This document shows, piece after piece, positions 26,140-40,131 of a stretch of DNA of 64,000 nucleotides. Under the pieces are notes generated by a model. It did not search any database. It was not told the DNA's origin and was given only the letters and a program-made list of their open reading frames with translations. The position numbers were made by a program, and so were the translations under genes. The DNA comes from Mobula hypostoma (Eukaryota): NCBI RefSeq assembly GCF_963921235.1, contig NC_086097.1, forward strand, positions 102,240,001-102,304,000. The letters run 5' to 3'. Position 1 is the first letter of the stretch, and each line of letters opens with the position of its first letter.

Positions 26140-26700
26140 TCATGCCCGTCGCCCCGACCCCCTCCAAGGCTGCCTCTGTCCGAGCCGCCCCTTTACGCAC
26201 GTCCACGCGCGAGCGGGACCGGCCCCTTTAAGGAGCAGCGCTCGCGTTCTTTGACCCTATCGGGAAGCGGAGAGGACGGTGTGGCGGACGGTCAGAGCGA
26301 TCAGGTTTGTTTCAGTTCTGGTCTCCAAACGCTTCCGGGGTGGTGGTCGCTGCCAGTGGCAGAGAACGGCCATAGCAGCGGAGCGGAGCTGGGCTGGGCT
26401 GGCAGTGGTATGCAAGGGGTGCACTTTGAGCGGAGGGAAGGAGGTGGTATCGGCGGGCCCCGGTGGCTGGGATGGGAGCAAAGGGTGCGATGTGTCGGCG
26501 GAGCTGGATGGAGTCGCGGGGGGTTGAATGGAAGGTGTCAGCGGGCTCGGGTGGGGTTGGGGGAGTGAGTGAATGAATGGGAGGCTACGGGGGTGTCCTT
26601 ATCAGTGAGCTGCAGAAGTGGGAGGTGTTGCGGGAGCGGATCCATCTGAAAAGTCCTTACAAGTTGATTTCCCTTCCTCGGCAATCCCGCGTGGTTTATA
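26140..26700 (+). promoter_or_regulatory. PTGR2: CpG island: PTGR2 promoter and probable non-coding exon 1 (ending ~26304)
   Basis: Dense CpG/GC block with CGCGCG, CCCTTTAAGG and ETS-like CGGGAAG; donor CAG|GTTTGT at 26304/26305; lies ~7.5 kb upstream of the ATG-containing exon. Confidence 0.7.
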
Positions 26701-27609
26701 GTGACTGATGGTGTGGGAGCTGCTGGTTCTTCCACTGATCGGACAGTTGGTAGACTGGGTGGCTGGACTGTTTGTGAGACATGCAGAAATCTCAAGATTC
26801 CTGTAGGCTTGTGAAACTATGGGCTTGGGATTCCCAGATGTCGTGAGAATGTTCCATTCATTTTCTGAGCAGGTTTGACTGTGTACTTAAATTTTACTCT
26901 GATCTGCCGGTAGTGCGTTCCTGTGACATGTAATTGCCTATGAAAAGCTTTGTGACCAGGCATGCTGAGGCAGTTTTCCACAACCCCACTAAAGACCAGC
27001 TGGCTAATCGAGATTCTTGTGTGTGTGGGGGGAATATGACCAGGCTTCAGTCCTTTATGATTACTTTTATCAGCTGCTCTGGATTCCAAGTTCCTTGCTT
27101 CATTGAAGACTAGATGGCCAGTATAGAGCTGGGTTACCAGGAAATAGATTGACTGTAAAATAATGGGAGCTACTTGAACATTTGAAATCTGATATGCTTC
27201 AAATCTACTCTCTGGAGTTGTTGCTTTAATGTCCATTTCATAGAGTCATATAGCATTAGAAACAAGATACTCATTGTGGCTGTTTCAGCTGTCAAGTAAC
27301 TACCTATAGCAGCTCTTGCTCTTCTATGCCATGGTCTTTCCAGTGTTCATTTAAATAGTACTACATTCTGTGAGTACCCCTGCCTCCACATCTGTCAGCT
27401 AGTGATTCCATCCACCCTCAAGGTAGAAAAGAAACCTTAATCTGTTCAAAATTGCCTCCCACTTTTTTAACCCATATCCTATGGTTACAGACATTTCTCC
27501 ATAGGGGAAGAGGTTTCTCACTATCTATTCCATCTACACCCATCGAAATGTAATGTACCCACCCCCTTTCCCCCTACCCCACCCCACAGTAAAAGAAAAC
27601 AAAGGTCCC

Positions 27610-28950
27610 GTGCAACACACACAGCAGGTCAGGCTATGGACAAGAGTAAACAGTCGATCTTTCAGGCCGAGTCCCTCCAACAAGATTGGGGGAAGAAAGG
27701 ATGAAGTCAGAATAAAAAGGTGGAGGGAGGAGAGGAAGTGAGGTAGGTGACACTAGCTGGGGGAGGAGGAGAGGGGGTGGGGGTGAAGTAAAGAGCTGGG
27801 AAATTGATTGGTGAAAGAGATGAAGGGCTGCTGAAGGGGAAAGGTTAGAAGACCATTAGAAGAAAGGGAAGGGAGAGGAGCCCCAGCGGGAGGAGATGGG
27901 TAGGTAAGGAGACAAGGTGAGAGAGGGAAACAGGAACGGTGAAAGAGCAGGGAGGGGACAATTACTGGAAGCTTGAGACATCGATGTTCATGCCATCAGG
28001 TTGGAGGCTACCCAGGCGAAATGCATGGTGCTACTCCTCTGACCTGAGTGTGGCCTCATTGCAGCAGGAGAGGAGGTTGTGGACTGTATGGGAATGGGAA
28101 GCAGAATTCAAATAGGGACCCACCAGGAGATCCTGCTTTTTCTGGTGGACAAAGGGTAGGTGCTTGGTGAAGCTAACTCCCAGTCTACGTTGGGTCTTAC
28201 TAATATACATGCAGGAGGCCATACTGGACACAGTAGATGGCCCCAAAAGACTCTCAGGTGAAGAGCTGCCTCACCTGGAAGGATTGTTTGGGGTCCTGAA
28301 TGGTAGTGAGGGAGGAGATGTAGGGGCAGGTGTAGCACTTGCAAGGATAAGTGCCAGGAGGGAGATTGGTGAGGAGGGTCAAATGGAGAAGGGAGTCGCG
28401 TAGGGAACGATCCCTGTGGAAAATGGGAGGGGGAGGGGAAGATGTGCTTGGTGGTGGGATCCTGTTGGAGATGACAGAATTATGTGCTAGATGCGGAGGC
28501 TTTGGGGGGGGGCGGGTGGTAGGTGAGGACGAGAGGAACCCTATTCCTGGTGGAGTGGTGGGAGAATGGGGTGAGGGCTGATGTGGACAAAATGGAAGAG
28601 ATATGGGTGAGGGCAGCATTAATGGAGGGAGGGAAGCCCCTTTCTTTGAAGAAAGAGGACATCTCATTAGTCCTGGAATGTAAATGAAATGAAAAGCCTC
28701 AACCTGAGAGCAGATGTGATGGAGACAGAGGAACTGAGAGAAGGGGATGGCTTTTTTCTCAAACAAGTAACAGGGTGGGAAGAGGTATAGTCCAGGTAGC
28801 TGTGGGAATCAGTGGGTTTATAAAAACATATCAGTAGATAAGCTGTCTCCAGATATTTGGAGAGATCGAGAAAGGGGAGGGAGGAGTCGGAAATAGACCA
28901 GATAAATTTGAGAGCAGGGTGGAAGTTGGAGGTAAGGTTGATGAGCTCAG
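27610..28950 (-). mobile_element. Penelope-like element relic (RT C-terminus, GIY-YIG endonuclease, pLTR)
   Basis: AIPFSQFLCLHHICS, MSSFFKERGFPP, RVPLVLTYHP, PGTYPCK/CYTCPY, YISKTQRRLG..F.KHL, HLNS.SHSH, EEQH-like end; pLTR with degenerate hammerhead at ~27650-27690. Confidence 0.9.
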
Positions 28951-31684
28951 TCTATGCAATTTCCCTGATAACTGAATTGTTCCATCTAAGGCAACACTTC
29001 AAATCTCTTTTGCATTTTCTGGTATTACTGTGACCTTCCTATAACATGGTGGCTAGAACTGCACACGATAAACTAGCTATGATCTAACCAATGTTCTGTA
29101 TAATTGTAGGGTAGTGATGAGGATTTGTCTGGAATTTGTGTGTTGAGGAAATTACTTTCAAAGACTGAAAGAAGTCATTCATTTTGGTGAGGATGTTAGG
29201 CTGGAGGACCTGTTCCATTGCTGTATAACTTAAAATACTTTTTTCTTGCCTCCGGCTTCTTTGATGGAGTTCATCACCGGTTCTTCTCTCTTAATGGCCT
29301 TGCAAATTATTTCACCAAATATAAATTTCAGGAAGGTACTAAATTTTAGACCTTTTTTAATTATCTGGAATGGAGCAAAAATTGTTTTGTAAATACTTCT
29401 CTGGTTATTCTCTTGTGACAGGAACCAGTTTCTCTCAATGTTCTCCAGCAGACCCCACTTTAATTTGTAGAATTGTTAAGGCATATTCAACCCACTGAGT
29501 CTGTACCTGCTCGTTGTACAGCAATTAGATCATTGTCTTCCCACAGTTTCTCTATCTAATCCCTTTCCAACTCCATTTTAAAGGCCCGGATTTGTACCCA
29601 CCAGCCAACCAGGCAATGAAATCCAGATGCTAACTACCCTCTACCTAACCCCAGTCCAAAATCGCTTTTGTTTTGCTTTGGTCAAGGCCCCTCCCAGTTC
29701 ATTATATGACATTCAATTGACATGGGGTGAGCATAACAAATTTCCGTGATCAAAGAATATTAGGATTTTGGTAAAAAACTAATTGAATATTTTTGTCATT
29801 CTTCCTGGGTGTTCTTTTTAAACCTCTAGAGGTTTCATACTGAACCAGTAAAAGTGACGTGACATTTAATCAATGTTTAACCAAAGTCTGAAGGTTGTTC
29901 AGATACAGAAAATTGTTGTTTTTTCAGTTTGGATGAAACGAATTGGGAGGAGCTCTGAACGGAGTGTAAAGTCTTCATTGACTGCTTGGGCTGAGTAGCT
30001 TCTGTTATGCACTGATTAAAATCAGAATAATGACACAACAGGCCAGTCAGATTCTCTCACCAACTTACTACATTTTTTTCAATTATTTGTCTAGTACCTG
30101 TTTGAAAGCTCTTGTTGAATCACTTTTCATGCTCTCTTAAATAAAACTTTTTTTTTCTTTGAGTCACTCTTGGTTCTTGTGCTGATGAATTGAAGTCGGT
30201 GCCTTTCAGCCACACCTCATTTGCTCCATTTCCAGTCTGTATTTCCTGTACCACTTGTATCTGGTGCATAGTGACTCAGTTTCAGCTTCCCCTGGAGAAA
30301 TGATATGCTGTACAGGCTGAAATCTAGAGCAAAAAAAAATGCCTATTTAATAAAAAAAACAAATTTCTGTTGAATAGGCAACATCTATAATTAATATTTC
30401 TGTTGAATAACATCTGATGACATCAATGAGCTGAAATGTTGGTCGTTATTTTAACACAGATGTGGATATTTCCTAAGAAATGAGAGTAGGAGTTGGGACA
30501 CATCGCACTACCACCCAGCAAGGTCTTGGCTGATCTTGTATCTTGGTATCATTTTCCTTGTCCTCCCAATTTAGCATCATCTACGCCATCATAATTGCAG
30601 GAGGAGCAATGATGGTGACTTGCTGTGGGTAACAAAACAATGACAGATACCTTTAAGGCCCAAGTACCCAATACACACGCCTAATTTAAGATAAATGCTC
30701 TGTAATGTTTTAACCAGCATTAAAATGTGTTAATAAATGCATTTAAAAGATCTAAGGATTGTGGTTGAAGAGTCGCCCTATAACACATTGTTCATATAAT
30801 ATGAATTGGTTTCTTGAAGTGTCAAGTGGCTCCTGGATGTTTGCCTATTTCAACTGGTGGTTTAATGGGGAGCAGTTGATTTACACAGCTGTACCTTCTG
30901 ACTTCAAAACCATGTGTCAGTGTATTTAATGACAGTAATTTGAACCCCCACCCCTTGTTATTTTGTCATCGTCCCCCTTCCTTTCCAATCCATAAGAAGG
31001 GTCTTTTGCCTGAAACTTTCTTTGACTTGTATTCATTTTTATGGCTGCTGCCTGACCTGCAGATTTCCTCCAGAATTTTGTATGTGTTATTTGAACTGTA
31101 TTTTTGTGGTTCAGTTGTTCTGATCAACTATACACCTTCTGACTATTGCAAGCTCCTCCCTACAAATGCCTAAATGGAAGTCAAATTGAGTAACAACACA
31201 ATTAGAAAAATTATCATAGGAATTTCCATTTTTGTAGTAATCTTGAAGAAGAGATAAGCAAGTATGTAGCAAATTTAAAAATAACTTTGTGTGACATTAT
31301 TGGTGTTTTTCTTTCCTCCCCCCCCCCCCCAATAGACAGATGACAGGTCATTTGGGTTGAAGGGAGATAATGTAGACAGTGGTGATTAATGAGAGCAGCT
31401 GGTCTGTCTTTGCGTTTGTGAAGGAGGAGGCTGCAAGGGAGAGGAAGGTTTGGAGTAAAGTTGGTTTCTTCTGCTGGCTTGGCTATTGTGAAACATATTG
31501 TTTTGTGGAGATGTGATAACTTTAAATCCTTGTGCAAAGAATAAGGAATTAAAGCCTTTTCAGCATCCTTTTTGACTTGAGTGCCATGCTTGAGGACTGG
31601 TTAACTAGTGCTTTCAATGCCAGACTGGAAATTGAGACTCTTTCTTGTTTATGGCTGATTCTCAGGCTCAACATCAATTCTAAA

Positions 31685-32373
31685 CAACACACATCAAAGT
31701 TGCTGGTGAACGCAGCAGGCCAGGCAGCATCTCTAGGAAGAGGTACAGTTGACGTTTCAGGCCGAGACCCTTCATCAGGAGTAACTGAAGGAAGAGCTAG
31801 TAAGAGATTTGAAAGTGGGAGGGGGAGAGGGAGATACAAAATGATAGGAGAAGACAGGAGGGGGAGGGATGGAGCCAAGAGTTGGACAGGTGATTGGCAA
31901 AAGGGGATACGAGAGGATCATGGGACAGGAGGTCTGGGGAGAAAGACAAGGTGGGGGGAGAACAGAGGATGGGCAAGGGGTATAGTCAGAGGGACAGAGG
32001 GAGAAAAAGGAGAGTGAGAGAAAGAATGTGTGTATAAAAATAAATAACGGATGGGGTACGAGGGGGAGGTGGGGCATTAGTGGAAGTTAGAGAAGTCGAT
32101 GTTCATGCCATCAGGTTGGAAACTACCCAGACGGAATATAAGGTGTTGTTCCTCCAACCTGATTGTGGCTTCATCTTTACAGTAGAGGAGGCCGTGGATA
32201 GACATGTCAGAATGGGAATGGGATGTGGAATTAAAATGTGTGGCCACTGGGAGCTCCTGCTTTCTCTGGCAGACAGCGTAGGTGTTCAGCAAAGCGGTCT
32301 CCCAGTCTGCGTTGGGTCTCGCCAATATATAGAAGGCCACATCGGGAGCACCGGACGCAGTATATCACCCCCG
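31685..32373 (-). mobile_element. Young Penelope-like element 3' fragment (GIY-YIG C-terminus and pLTR) with 15-bp TSD
   Basis: ELPVATHFNSTSHSHSDMSIHGLLYCKDEATIRLEEQHLIFRLGSFQPDGMNIDFSNF; flanked by aacatcaattctaaa (31670-31684) and aatatcaattctaaa (32374-32388). Confidence 0.92.
31747..31782 (-). ncRNA. Minimal type I hammerhead motif, core intact but stem I mutated
   Basis: Minus strand ACUC-CUGAUGA-AGGGUCUCGGCCU-GAAA-CGUC-AACU; stem I has 2 of 4 pairs broken. Confidence 0.6.
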
Positions 32374-33883
32374 AATATCAATTCTAAATGGGCTTTTAAA
32401 TAATTCTGCAACTTCATCCTGAACTATATCAGATTATCCTCAGAATAACCTGTGCCAGTTTAATGGTTAGGGATATTTCTCTGCTTAAAGGTAAAAATCT
32501 TGTGAAGCTATGGCCACTTCCAGAGAATATTCAGCCCAGTGGCTGGTGTTATTTCATCCTGAGATTTTGTGTTGGTTATGCACCCGGTAGTGATATAATT
32601 TTTCCAGAGTTTCTGTACATCGAGGGCAGCATCAGTACCCACAGCCTGATGAATGCGTAGAGAAGTATACTTTAAATCATAGGCCTTATGTGCACACCCT
32701 GGTCGCAAAGCTGGATGAGAGGGGTGGACTGGGAGGAAAAAGCACTTCCTGGACATTTGGGTTTTTGGATGGCCAGGAGCAGTATCTAATATTATTCTCA
32801 CCTTGATTCATCACACCGATATTTCTATACCCCTTGTGAGAGGACGTAGTCTGCTGTGGCACAGGTTTGTGCCCCTTTAAGGCAAGAGGATTCTTTGAAA
32901 AATGATGACAGAGGCTTTTCTATGTGGCCAGCAGTATGAAAGCCTGAAGCCTTTTGTACGTTATTACTTCCACCATGTTTTGTTGGCAGCCCTTATCCAC
33001 TGATGCTGCCTCTCCTTGTAAGCTCACATCTACTGCCTCCTTTGCAGCCTCAAAAGGTCGACCGCTCCTCTCCTCAGCATACCTGGCTGGCTGAGATCCT
33101 CCAGCGTTTTGTACATGTTACTCAAGATTTCCAGCATCTGAGTTTGTGTACCTGTAACAGAAATGCTTCAGGCTGTAAATGTTTTTTGTTTTGGGCCATC
33201 CCTATGCTTCCTGTCTTCTATTTGAATACATGTTGTTTTTCCTGAATCTTGGTTTGAATTCATTAGAGCCAGCAGGGACATTTTTTTTCATTCGTTCCCT
33301 CTTGAATCTCTTTTGCATGCTAATTTTAAACTTTTAGGATCACTAAAAACTAACATTTCTTTTGCTTTGGATCTTATGAATTATTAGCCGTACAGCTTCC
33401 TGACTGCTGTCCATTGTTTCTAAAACTTTCACTTTTTGTACTAATGTCATCACTTTGCCTTTTTGGTGTTTCACTAGTTGAATTATGCTATGGTGCTTTA
33501 ATGGTGAGTTAAAATTTAAATGCTAAACGTGGAACTTGAAGTAGCATATAATGTGTAGTAACATAGAGAATGTGTAGTAACATAGAGCATGTGTGGAACA
33601 GGATGGAATACTAATAACACTTTGCTCCCACTCTTGTGTGGAGGCATTTCAAATCTTATTTCACTGATTGTATTGGGGCGGTGGTTCATCTTGAAGGGCA
33701 GGGGAAGGATTTGATGGCATTTGGGTTTGCTAGTCCACAGAATTACAAATAACAGATACTGAATGTACTCTGCTTTTTAAACTTTAAAGTATTTTTGTTG
33801 CGAATGATCATTTCATAGACATTTCCATATTAAAAGGGAATCTCATTCCTTCTAGGTCAGTTTTCGTTTCATTCTCTTCACAA

Positions 33884-33923
33884 ATGGTGTCGATTCAGCA
33901 AGTTGTATTGAGCTCTCGACTGG
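33884..33923 (+). CDS. PTGR2: Prostaglandin reductase 2, first coding exon (exon starts ~33856)
   Basis: MVSIQQVVLSSRL-G matches the PTGR2 N-terminus (MIVQRVVLNSRPG); acceptor ttctag| at 33855, phase-1 donor G|GTGAGT. Confidence 0.9.
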
Positions 33924-34039
33924 GTGAGTGCCATTTCAGCCATACTATTTTACTTTGGCGTTAAGTCCAAATGAAGGGTGAGGTCTTTGCTTCGCAGGTT
34001 AAGCAGAAAATTGAAACCGATCTAGAGAAGATCAGATAC

Positions 34040-34430
34040 TGAAAGAGTTAGGTTTAAGGAGGAGTTGGACAGAGATAGCGCTCAGTACTTGGTGTCGGAG
34101 AGCTGATCAGAGCTCGAAGTTTTCTGATGACTCAGAGTCAGACTGTGGTCGGCATGGCAGGGAGAGTTTTTCTTCCTTCTCCCGTCTGCGTGAGATATGG
34201 GACATTTGAGAAGCTTTGAACTTTTACTGTGCTCGTGGACTTCTTCATCAAGTTATGGTATTGTTGCACAGTTGTAACTATATGTTATAATTATGTGGTT
34301 TTGTCAGTTTTTTCAGTCTTGGTCTGTCCTGTGTTTTGTGATATCACACCGGAGAAAATATTGTATCATTTCTTAATGCATTCATTACTAAATGACAATA
34401 AAAGAGGACTATGTGTCTTCATAATCAAAA
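34040..34430 (+). mobile_element. Non-LTR retroelement 3' UTR fragment or SINE
   Basis: T-rich 3' UTR ending aaatgacaataaaagagg...ataatc, similar in style to Rex1-type tails; family not resolved. Confidence 0.45.
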
Positions 34431-35119
34431 AGTCTAGAGAATGAATTCCCAAGTTTTAAGATTCAGCAAATGAAGGCATAGCTACCAATGACAAGATGTA
34501 AAGAAATTTCTGATTGTAGTTGTAGAGGAGGTGACAGGAAGTGGCAGAGGGATTTGTAGATGTTGGAAAGAATTTTAAAATGGAGGCATTTGTAAAATGG
34601 GTCAATGAACATGAGTTCAATCTACTTGGTGCAGGGAAGTAGTTAAGATTTCAGATTTTGAGAGCAGAGATTCTGAGAAGACTGAAGATGGACGAGGCCT
34701 CTATACACAAGGAGATGGAAAGAACTTCATTTAACAGCATTCAGTTGGATTTTCTTTGCAGTTTTGAGCTTCCGGTTTTAATGTTGATAGTGTATTTTTT
34801 TAATTGTTAGGGCTTTCCAGTTTTCAATTCACAGCTTCAATAGATATTTTGTGATGGTTAAATTAGAATACATAAGCTAAGGCCTGTTGAAGTGGGAGGA
34901 TTTCAGTAAGGGGTAGCATGGCTTAGATTTTTCTTTTCCATGCCTCAGTGGAACAGCAGCAGATTCTCCTGGTAATTCATGCCTTGTCATTCCCTTGTAC
35001 CTGATGGTTACAGTATTTTCCTGTGTCATAAAGTGACTTGCTGCACTTTCAGATTGTTAATGTGTAATGAGGTTGTGAGTGATTGCAGTTTGTTGCCTCG
35101 TTGCAAGCTGTTATCTTTG

Positions 35120-35485
35120 ACAAAGTGGGCAGCACTCTTCTGAGTCAAAGGGTCATGGGTACAATTCCCAGTCTGGAATCTTGAGCACAAAATGAAAGTT
35201 ATTTCTTCCACTGAGCACTGAAGGAATATTGCACTGTCAGAGCGAGTGCCTATTAAGAGTGGCATTTTTGACTGGGAGAGTAAATCAAGCTCCGTAGCTC
35301 CTAGAGGATGTAAGGTCTTCTAGTTATTGTTCTGGTGCCCTGTTCAATTCTTATGCCTTATTAAACCATTAAAATAGAGAATCAACTTGTATTATTACTG
35401 TTTGTAGACTGTGCATGCAAATTAGTATATATATTTCTTAATTGCCACACTTTGGGATCTCCTGAAATTCACTAATAAATCTTTC
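35120..35485 (+). mobile_element. Old tRNA-derived SINE, probably Deu-domain type
   Basis: Head (gtgggcagcactcttctgagtcaaagggtcatgggt..aattcc) and central gcactg.agga.tattgcactgtc.gag...ggatgtaa words; similar relics at ~4935-5275, ~21000-21180, ~59510-59860 and ~60625-60800. Confidence 0.5.
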
Positions 35486-35499
35486 AGTTGTGCCACCAT

Positions 35500-37400
35500 A
35501 TAATGTGTGTTGAAGACAGTGGCTTGCAGTCAGTGAACTGTGCTCTGTGGTCATTGGACTTGAAGCAGGACACCCTGAGGCCCTTTTCATCACTGGTGAT
35601 TTCAGTCAGGCCAATTTCAAGTATATTACCAAAATACTTCCGGGAAGTCTCTTGTCCCAAAAGGGGCCCAAACATGCGTGAATCTGTGGAATTCATTGTC
35701 ACAGATGGCTCTGGAGGCCAAGTCATTGATATATTTAAAGAGGAGGTTGATGGGTTCTTGATTAGTCAGGGCATCAAAGGTTTCATGAAGAAGGCAGGAA
35801 ATCGGGTTCAAGGGGGTTAATAAATCAGCCATGATGGGATGGCAGAGCAGGTTTGAGGGGCTGAGTGGTCTCGTTCTGCTCCTATGTCCTGTGGTATGAA
35901 TCAGACCACCAGGCTGTGCTCCTTCACTCTGCACACAAACAGAAGTTGAGACACGAGAATCTAATACAGAAAATTATAGTGCTGGTTTGAGGAAATAGAT
36001 CAGCTTCTGGTGACTGCTTTGAGTCAGTAGACTGATCCACATTCAAAACCAGTTTAGATGAGTATGTCACAATCACCACAGACTTTGTCAGTAAGTGTGT
36101 TGAGGATTATGTACCAAAGAGGACAATTTGGGTGTTCCCAAATTGGGAACCATGAATGATCGGGGAGACCCACTTCCTACTGGGATTTAAAACTGAATGA
36201 ACAGGGGGACCCACTTCCTACTGGGATTTAAAACTGAATGAACAGGGGGACCCACTTCCTACTGGGATTTAAAACTGAATGAACAGGGGGACCCACTTCC
36301 TACTGGGATTTAAAACTGAACGGGGAGACAAACTTCCTACTGGAATTTGAAACTGATGTTGAAATTGGGTGACCCTGACCTATGCAAGAAATTAGAATAT
36401 GACCACTGAAAAGCCATCAGGGATGCCAAGAGTCAGTATGTCCAAAGTAAATTCCTAGTAGTGGCAGGGTTTATTTGCAATTACAGGCTACAAAACAAAG
36501 TTGGGCAGCATCACTGCTGGTGAGCGCAACACGTTCTGTGCACAGAATGGATTGGAATGTCACCACCAGCCGCGACTGTCTGATACGCAGCTCAGCCCAC
36601 CATCATGGAGAGTGAATCCGCAGAAAGCATTTGGCCCAGACACTGTCCCTGGTCACGTCCTTTCATCCTTTACAGATTAGCTGGTGGAGGGTATTTGCAG
36701 ACTTTAAATCTCTCCCACCTTCAAGTTGAGTTTCGTACCTGCTTTAAGCAGACCACTATCACTCCAGTACGCGTGAAACAAGTAACGTTCTTCATGACTA
36801 CTGCCTGGTTGCTCTGATATCCATCATCGTGAAGTGCTTTGAGATGTTTGTCATGGTACAGATTAACTCTGACATCCCACACAGCTTTACTGTGAAACAG
36901 GGCCAAATCTCTAGCCCTGAAGCATCTGGACAGTAAATGTATCCATGTTAGACCATTGTTTATTGACCACAGCTTGGCCTTCAATACTATCATTCCAAGC
37001 AAACTCATCTCTAAATGCCCAGATCTGGACTCGGCTCCTCCTTTGTCACTGGGTCCGCAGCTTCCTGATCAATAGACTGCAACTAGCAAGGAGCAACACC
37101 TTTGCTCTGATTATTCTCAATATTGGTGCCCCACAGGCTGCTCCCTATACACTCACAACTGACCAGGTTCTTCTCCAATTGCATCTACAAGTTTGTGGAT
37201 GATCCCACTGTAGTGGACATTTCTCATGTAACGTCAAGTTTGGTACAGAAAGGAGAGAACCTAGGACATGGGGTCATGACAACAACTTTTCCCTCAATGT
37301 CACCAAAGCAAAAGAGTTGGCCGCCTGCTTCACAAAGGGTGAAGCAGTGCACATGCATGCTGTTGCAGGGTTTGTGGACTGGCCAAGGGGACAGAAGACA
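35500..37400 (+). mobile_element. Degenerate Rex1/Babar LINE with nested CR1 3' end (~35680-35897) and internal tandem repeat
   Basis: IITGDF.QAN-like endonuclease end, [49 protein letters not shown]. Confidence 0.8.
36163..36357 (+). repeat. 41-bp tandem repeat, 4 copies plus a diverged fifth
   Basis: cacttcctactgggatttaaaactgaatgaacagggggacc with starts at 36171, 36212, 36253 and 36294, then a diverged copy at 36331. Confidence 0.95.
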
Positions 37401-40095
37401 CCATCTACAGGTGAGTTTTGACATTCTTCAACAAAGGAAGACAAACATCAAAACATTCAAGTTGCACATATGCTCCTTTAAAAGACGATGCTGGTGGTGC
37501 TTTACAGGCGGCAAACTAAAGTACTAACTATGCTATTAATTACACTTTTTCTGAGCTGCAATTCTCAGCCTGTAACTCGCCCTTCGGGAGTTATGCTGTT
37601 GAACCGTCAGTACAACCTGGCACTTCTGTGGTATCCTGAGGAATCCAGTGAACTGGACTCTTGAGAATGTAGGTACAGCCTCGGCGGGCATTGCTGGAGC
37701 AGACCTGAGCCTGGATCGAAGTGGCAGGGCCCAGGCCCAGGCCCGAGAGAGGAAAAACAAACCGATGTTTAACCATTGCAAGAGCAGAGATGGGGCCGGA
37801 TCAAAATGGCTGGGCCTGGGCGTGGAAAACAAATCAATGTTTGGCCAATTTAAATGCTGAGCCAGATTTAAAAAGGTCAAAGCATCAAGGCTGAGAGCAA
37901 AGGATGAACCTGTGTTTAGCTGGCTACTCTGTGAGGTTTACTTGCCTCAGAACTGAACTGACTCGGCAGCTGTGGCCTGCAACCATCAGCAGTAGTCTGA
38001 CCAGTGCACTGGCTCATGGTTGTGGCTTGCACCATAGGACTTCTGGACTGGTTTCTTTCACCTCAGTGCTGAACTGGCTCTGTGGCTGTCGACTTGCTTT
38101 TGGGGGCCTTGTTCACGTTCTGTGTTTTGTTTGTTTACCTTTTATTGTTTGCACGATTCTCTTTTTGCATGTTGGGTGTTTGGTCCTTGTGTGGGTTTTT
38201 TTTAATGGTATTTCTTCATTTTGTGGCTGCCTACAAGAAGACAAATTGTAAGGTTGTATATGGTCTACATACTTGTACTCATCTAAGTGTGTGCCTGAGA
38301 CCTCCATCTGCAACACACTTCCAAACTTACTGCGGTGTGGTTCACGCAGATATTGACCCAGCGAGACCACCACACATGCTACATTTATATGGTAGCAGTA
38401 CTTTCTTGCTAGAAGCTAGTATCATGGCACTAGAGTCAGTCAGTGGAAGGGCTGCAGCGTTCTTCAGATAGGCTAGTTGATAACTAATGTGGCAGCAGTG
38501 ACTTTCAATTGGCAGATAGTGTTAACTTTCGCACTACATTCCACCCCTCTAAAAGCTGTGACACTGACACCTGGCCTTTAGGCTAGTATAACCCATGTGG
38601 TTGCCCCATTATGACATGGAACTATAATACCCAATACCCAGTAGACTCCCCAGTGTAACACAGTAGTCCACCAACCTAGTGCCCCATTGTCTTGACATTT
38701 AGCTGATGCATATGCAAATGTATCATGGTCACCATTTTGTAAAGGTGTGCTTTGAACTTCAATTTACTGCTTGCAATTTACAATTTGCATTAAAATCTGA
38801 AGACTAGTTCTTGTCTGACTTAATATCTGTTATATTCACATGACTTCAGAATACTTCCAAACATGCCATCCCTCCTCTTGGCCCCTGGACAGAAATCTGT
38901 GCCAGGAAGGGCAAACCTGTAGGAAGATGTAATTAAGTAGGGTAGTGAAAGTGCCCTTCACTTCAGATCACTTGCTCAATTTCTAACCTATCACGTCCCA
39001 ATATCTATCTACACTATCTGTCATCCCTAATTGGCTATCTACAAGACTAAGCAGTAATGGCATTAAAACATTCCAGAAATTTGATCATGTCTTGGGCACT
39101 TCTGTCTTCTCTATTTCAACCAGTCTTTAAAACGCAACTTTATCATCTGTGTGCTTGTTGCCTCCTTCCCTACTGACCTATTACACTTCGATCACATCCT
39201 TAACTTTACGCCTTCAATCTCTGATAGCTAAAACTGTCAGTAGTTACTTTGTGGGCAGGGGTATCAGCAAGGTAACTTTGTTTCATGTTTGCATTCCATG
39301 CAATAACAGGAGGTTATCAGAATAATCAGACAACCAGCCTCTGCCCCTTTGATCTAAATGCGTGTTTGGGGTGGTCCCTGTTTGAGAGACTGCAAGGACC
39401 TCACCCCAATGGCACTGTACCCAGACTGTCCTTTTGATCAGGGGTCCCCAACCTTTTTTGCACTGCAGACTGGTTTAATATTGACAATATTCTTGCGGAC
39501 TGCGGGGGGGGGGGGGGTGTTGATCAATACCGGAATATAGGTGATAAGTCAACTATAAATCATTTATAAGTGTCTAATACACTTGTTACATGTTCAAGGA
39601 GATTTTTTTTGTGAGAATGCTGTAATGGTCTTTTGGAGGTCACCTGATGTGATTTTCCCATCGATGTGAGGTCACGTGATGATGTGCCCCGTGACTATAT
39701 AAGGGTCGACTCAGGTGACGCAGTGGGTTTTGAGTTTGTAGATTTCCAGGTAGAACGTGTTGTGCCTCCGTTTCTGTTGCATGTTTGTTTTTGTGACGCA
39801 GTTTCATTTTTAAAACGGAAGGTGCGTTCTCTTACAAGATATGGTATTTGGACTGGGAATTTGTGGCTGGAAGTGCCAATTTACTCAATTCCGACAGTTT
39901 TGAAGGGAGAGTGAAGAATTCATCGAAGTGAAGGATCGAGAGCAGTCGGCATCGTTTGGCAGTTTAATAAAGAATCGACCTTATTGAGTCTTCGTTGGAG
40001 AGAACCTGCATCGAGATAACTCTTGTAAAAGGGCAACATACATCAAAGTTGCTGGTGAACGCAGCAGGCCAGGCAGCAACTATAGGAAGAGGCGC

Positions 40096-40131
40096 AGTCG
40101 ACGTTTCAGGCCGAGACCCTTCGTCAGGACT
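40096..40131 (-). ncRNA. Minimal type I hammerhead ribozyme (Penelope pLTR)
   Basis: Minus strand AGUC-CUGACGA-AGGGUCUCGGCCU-GAAA-CGUC^GACU: conserved core, 4-bp stem I, short stem II, palindromic ACGU stem III, GUC cleavage triplet. Confidence 0.85.

Noticed and set aside
33550..33600. 19-bp duplication aatgtgtagtaacatagag
   Set aside because: Ordinary local slippage, about 2.5 copies, with no further structure.
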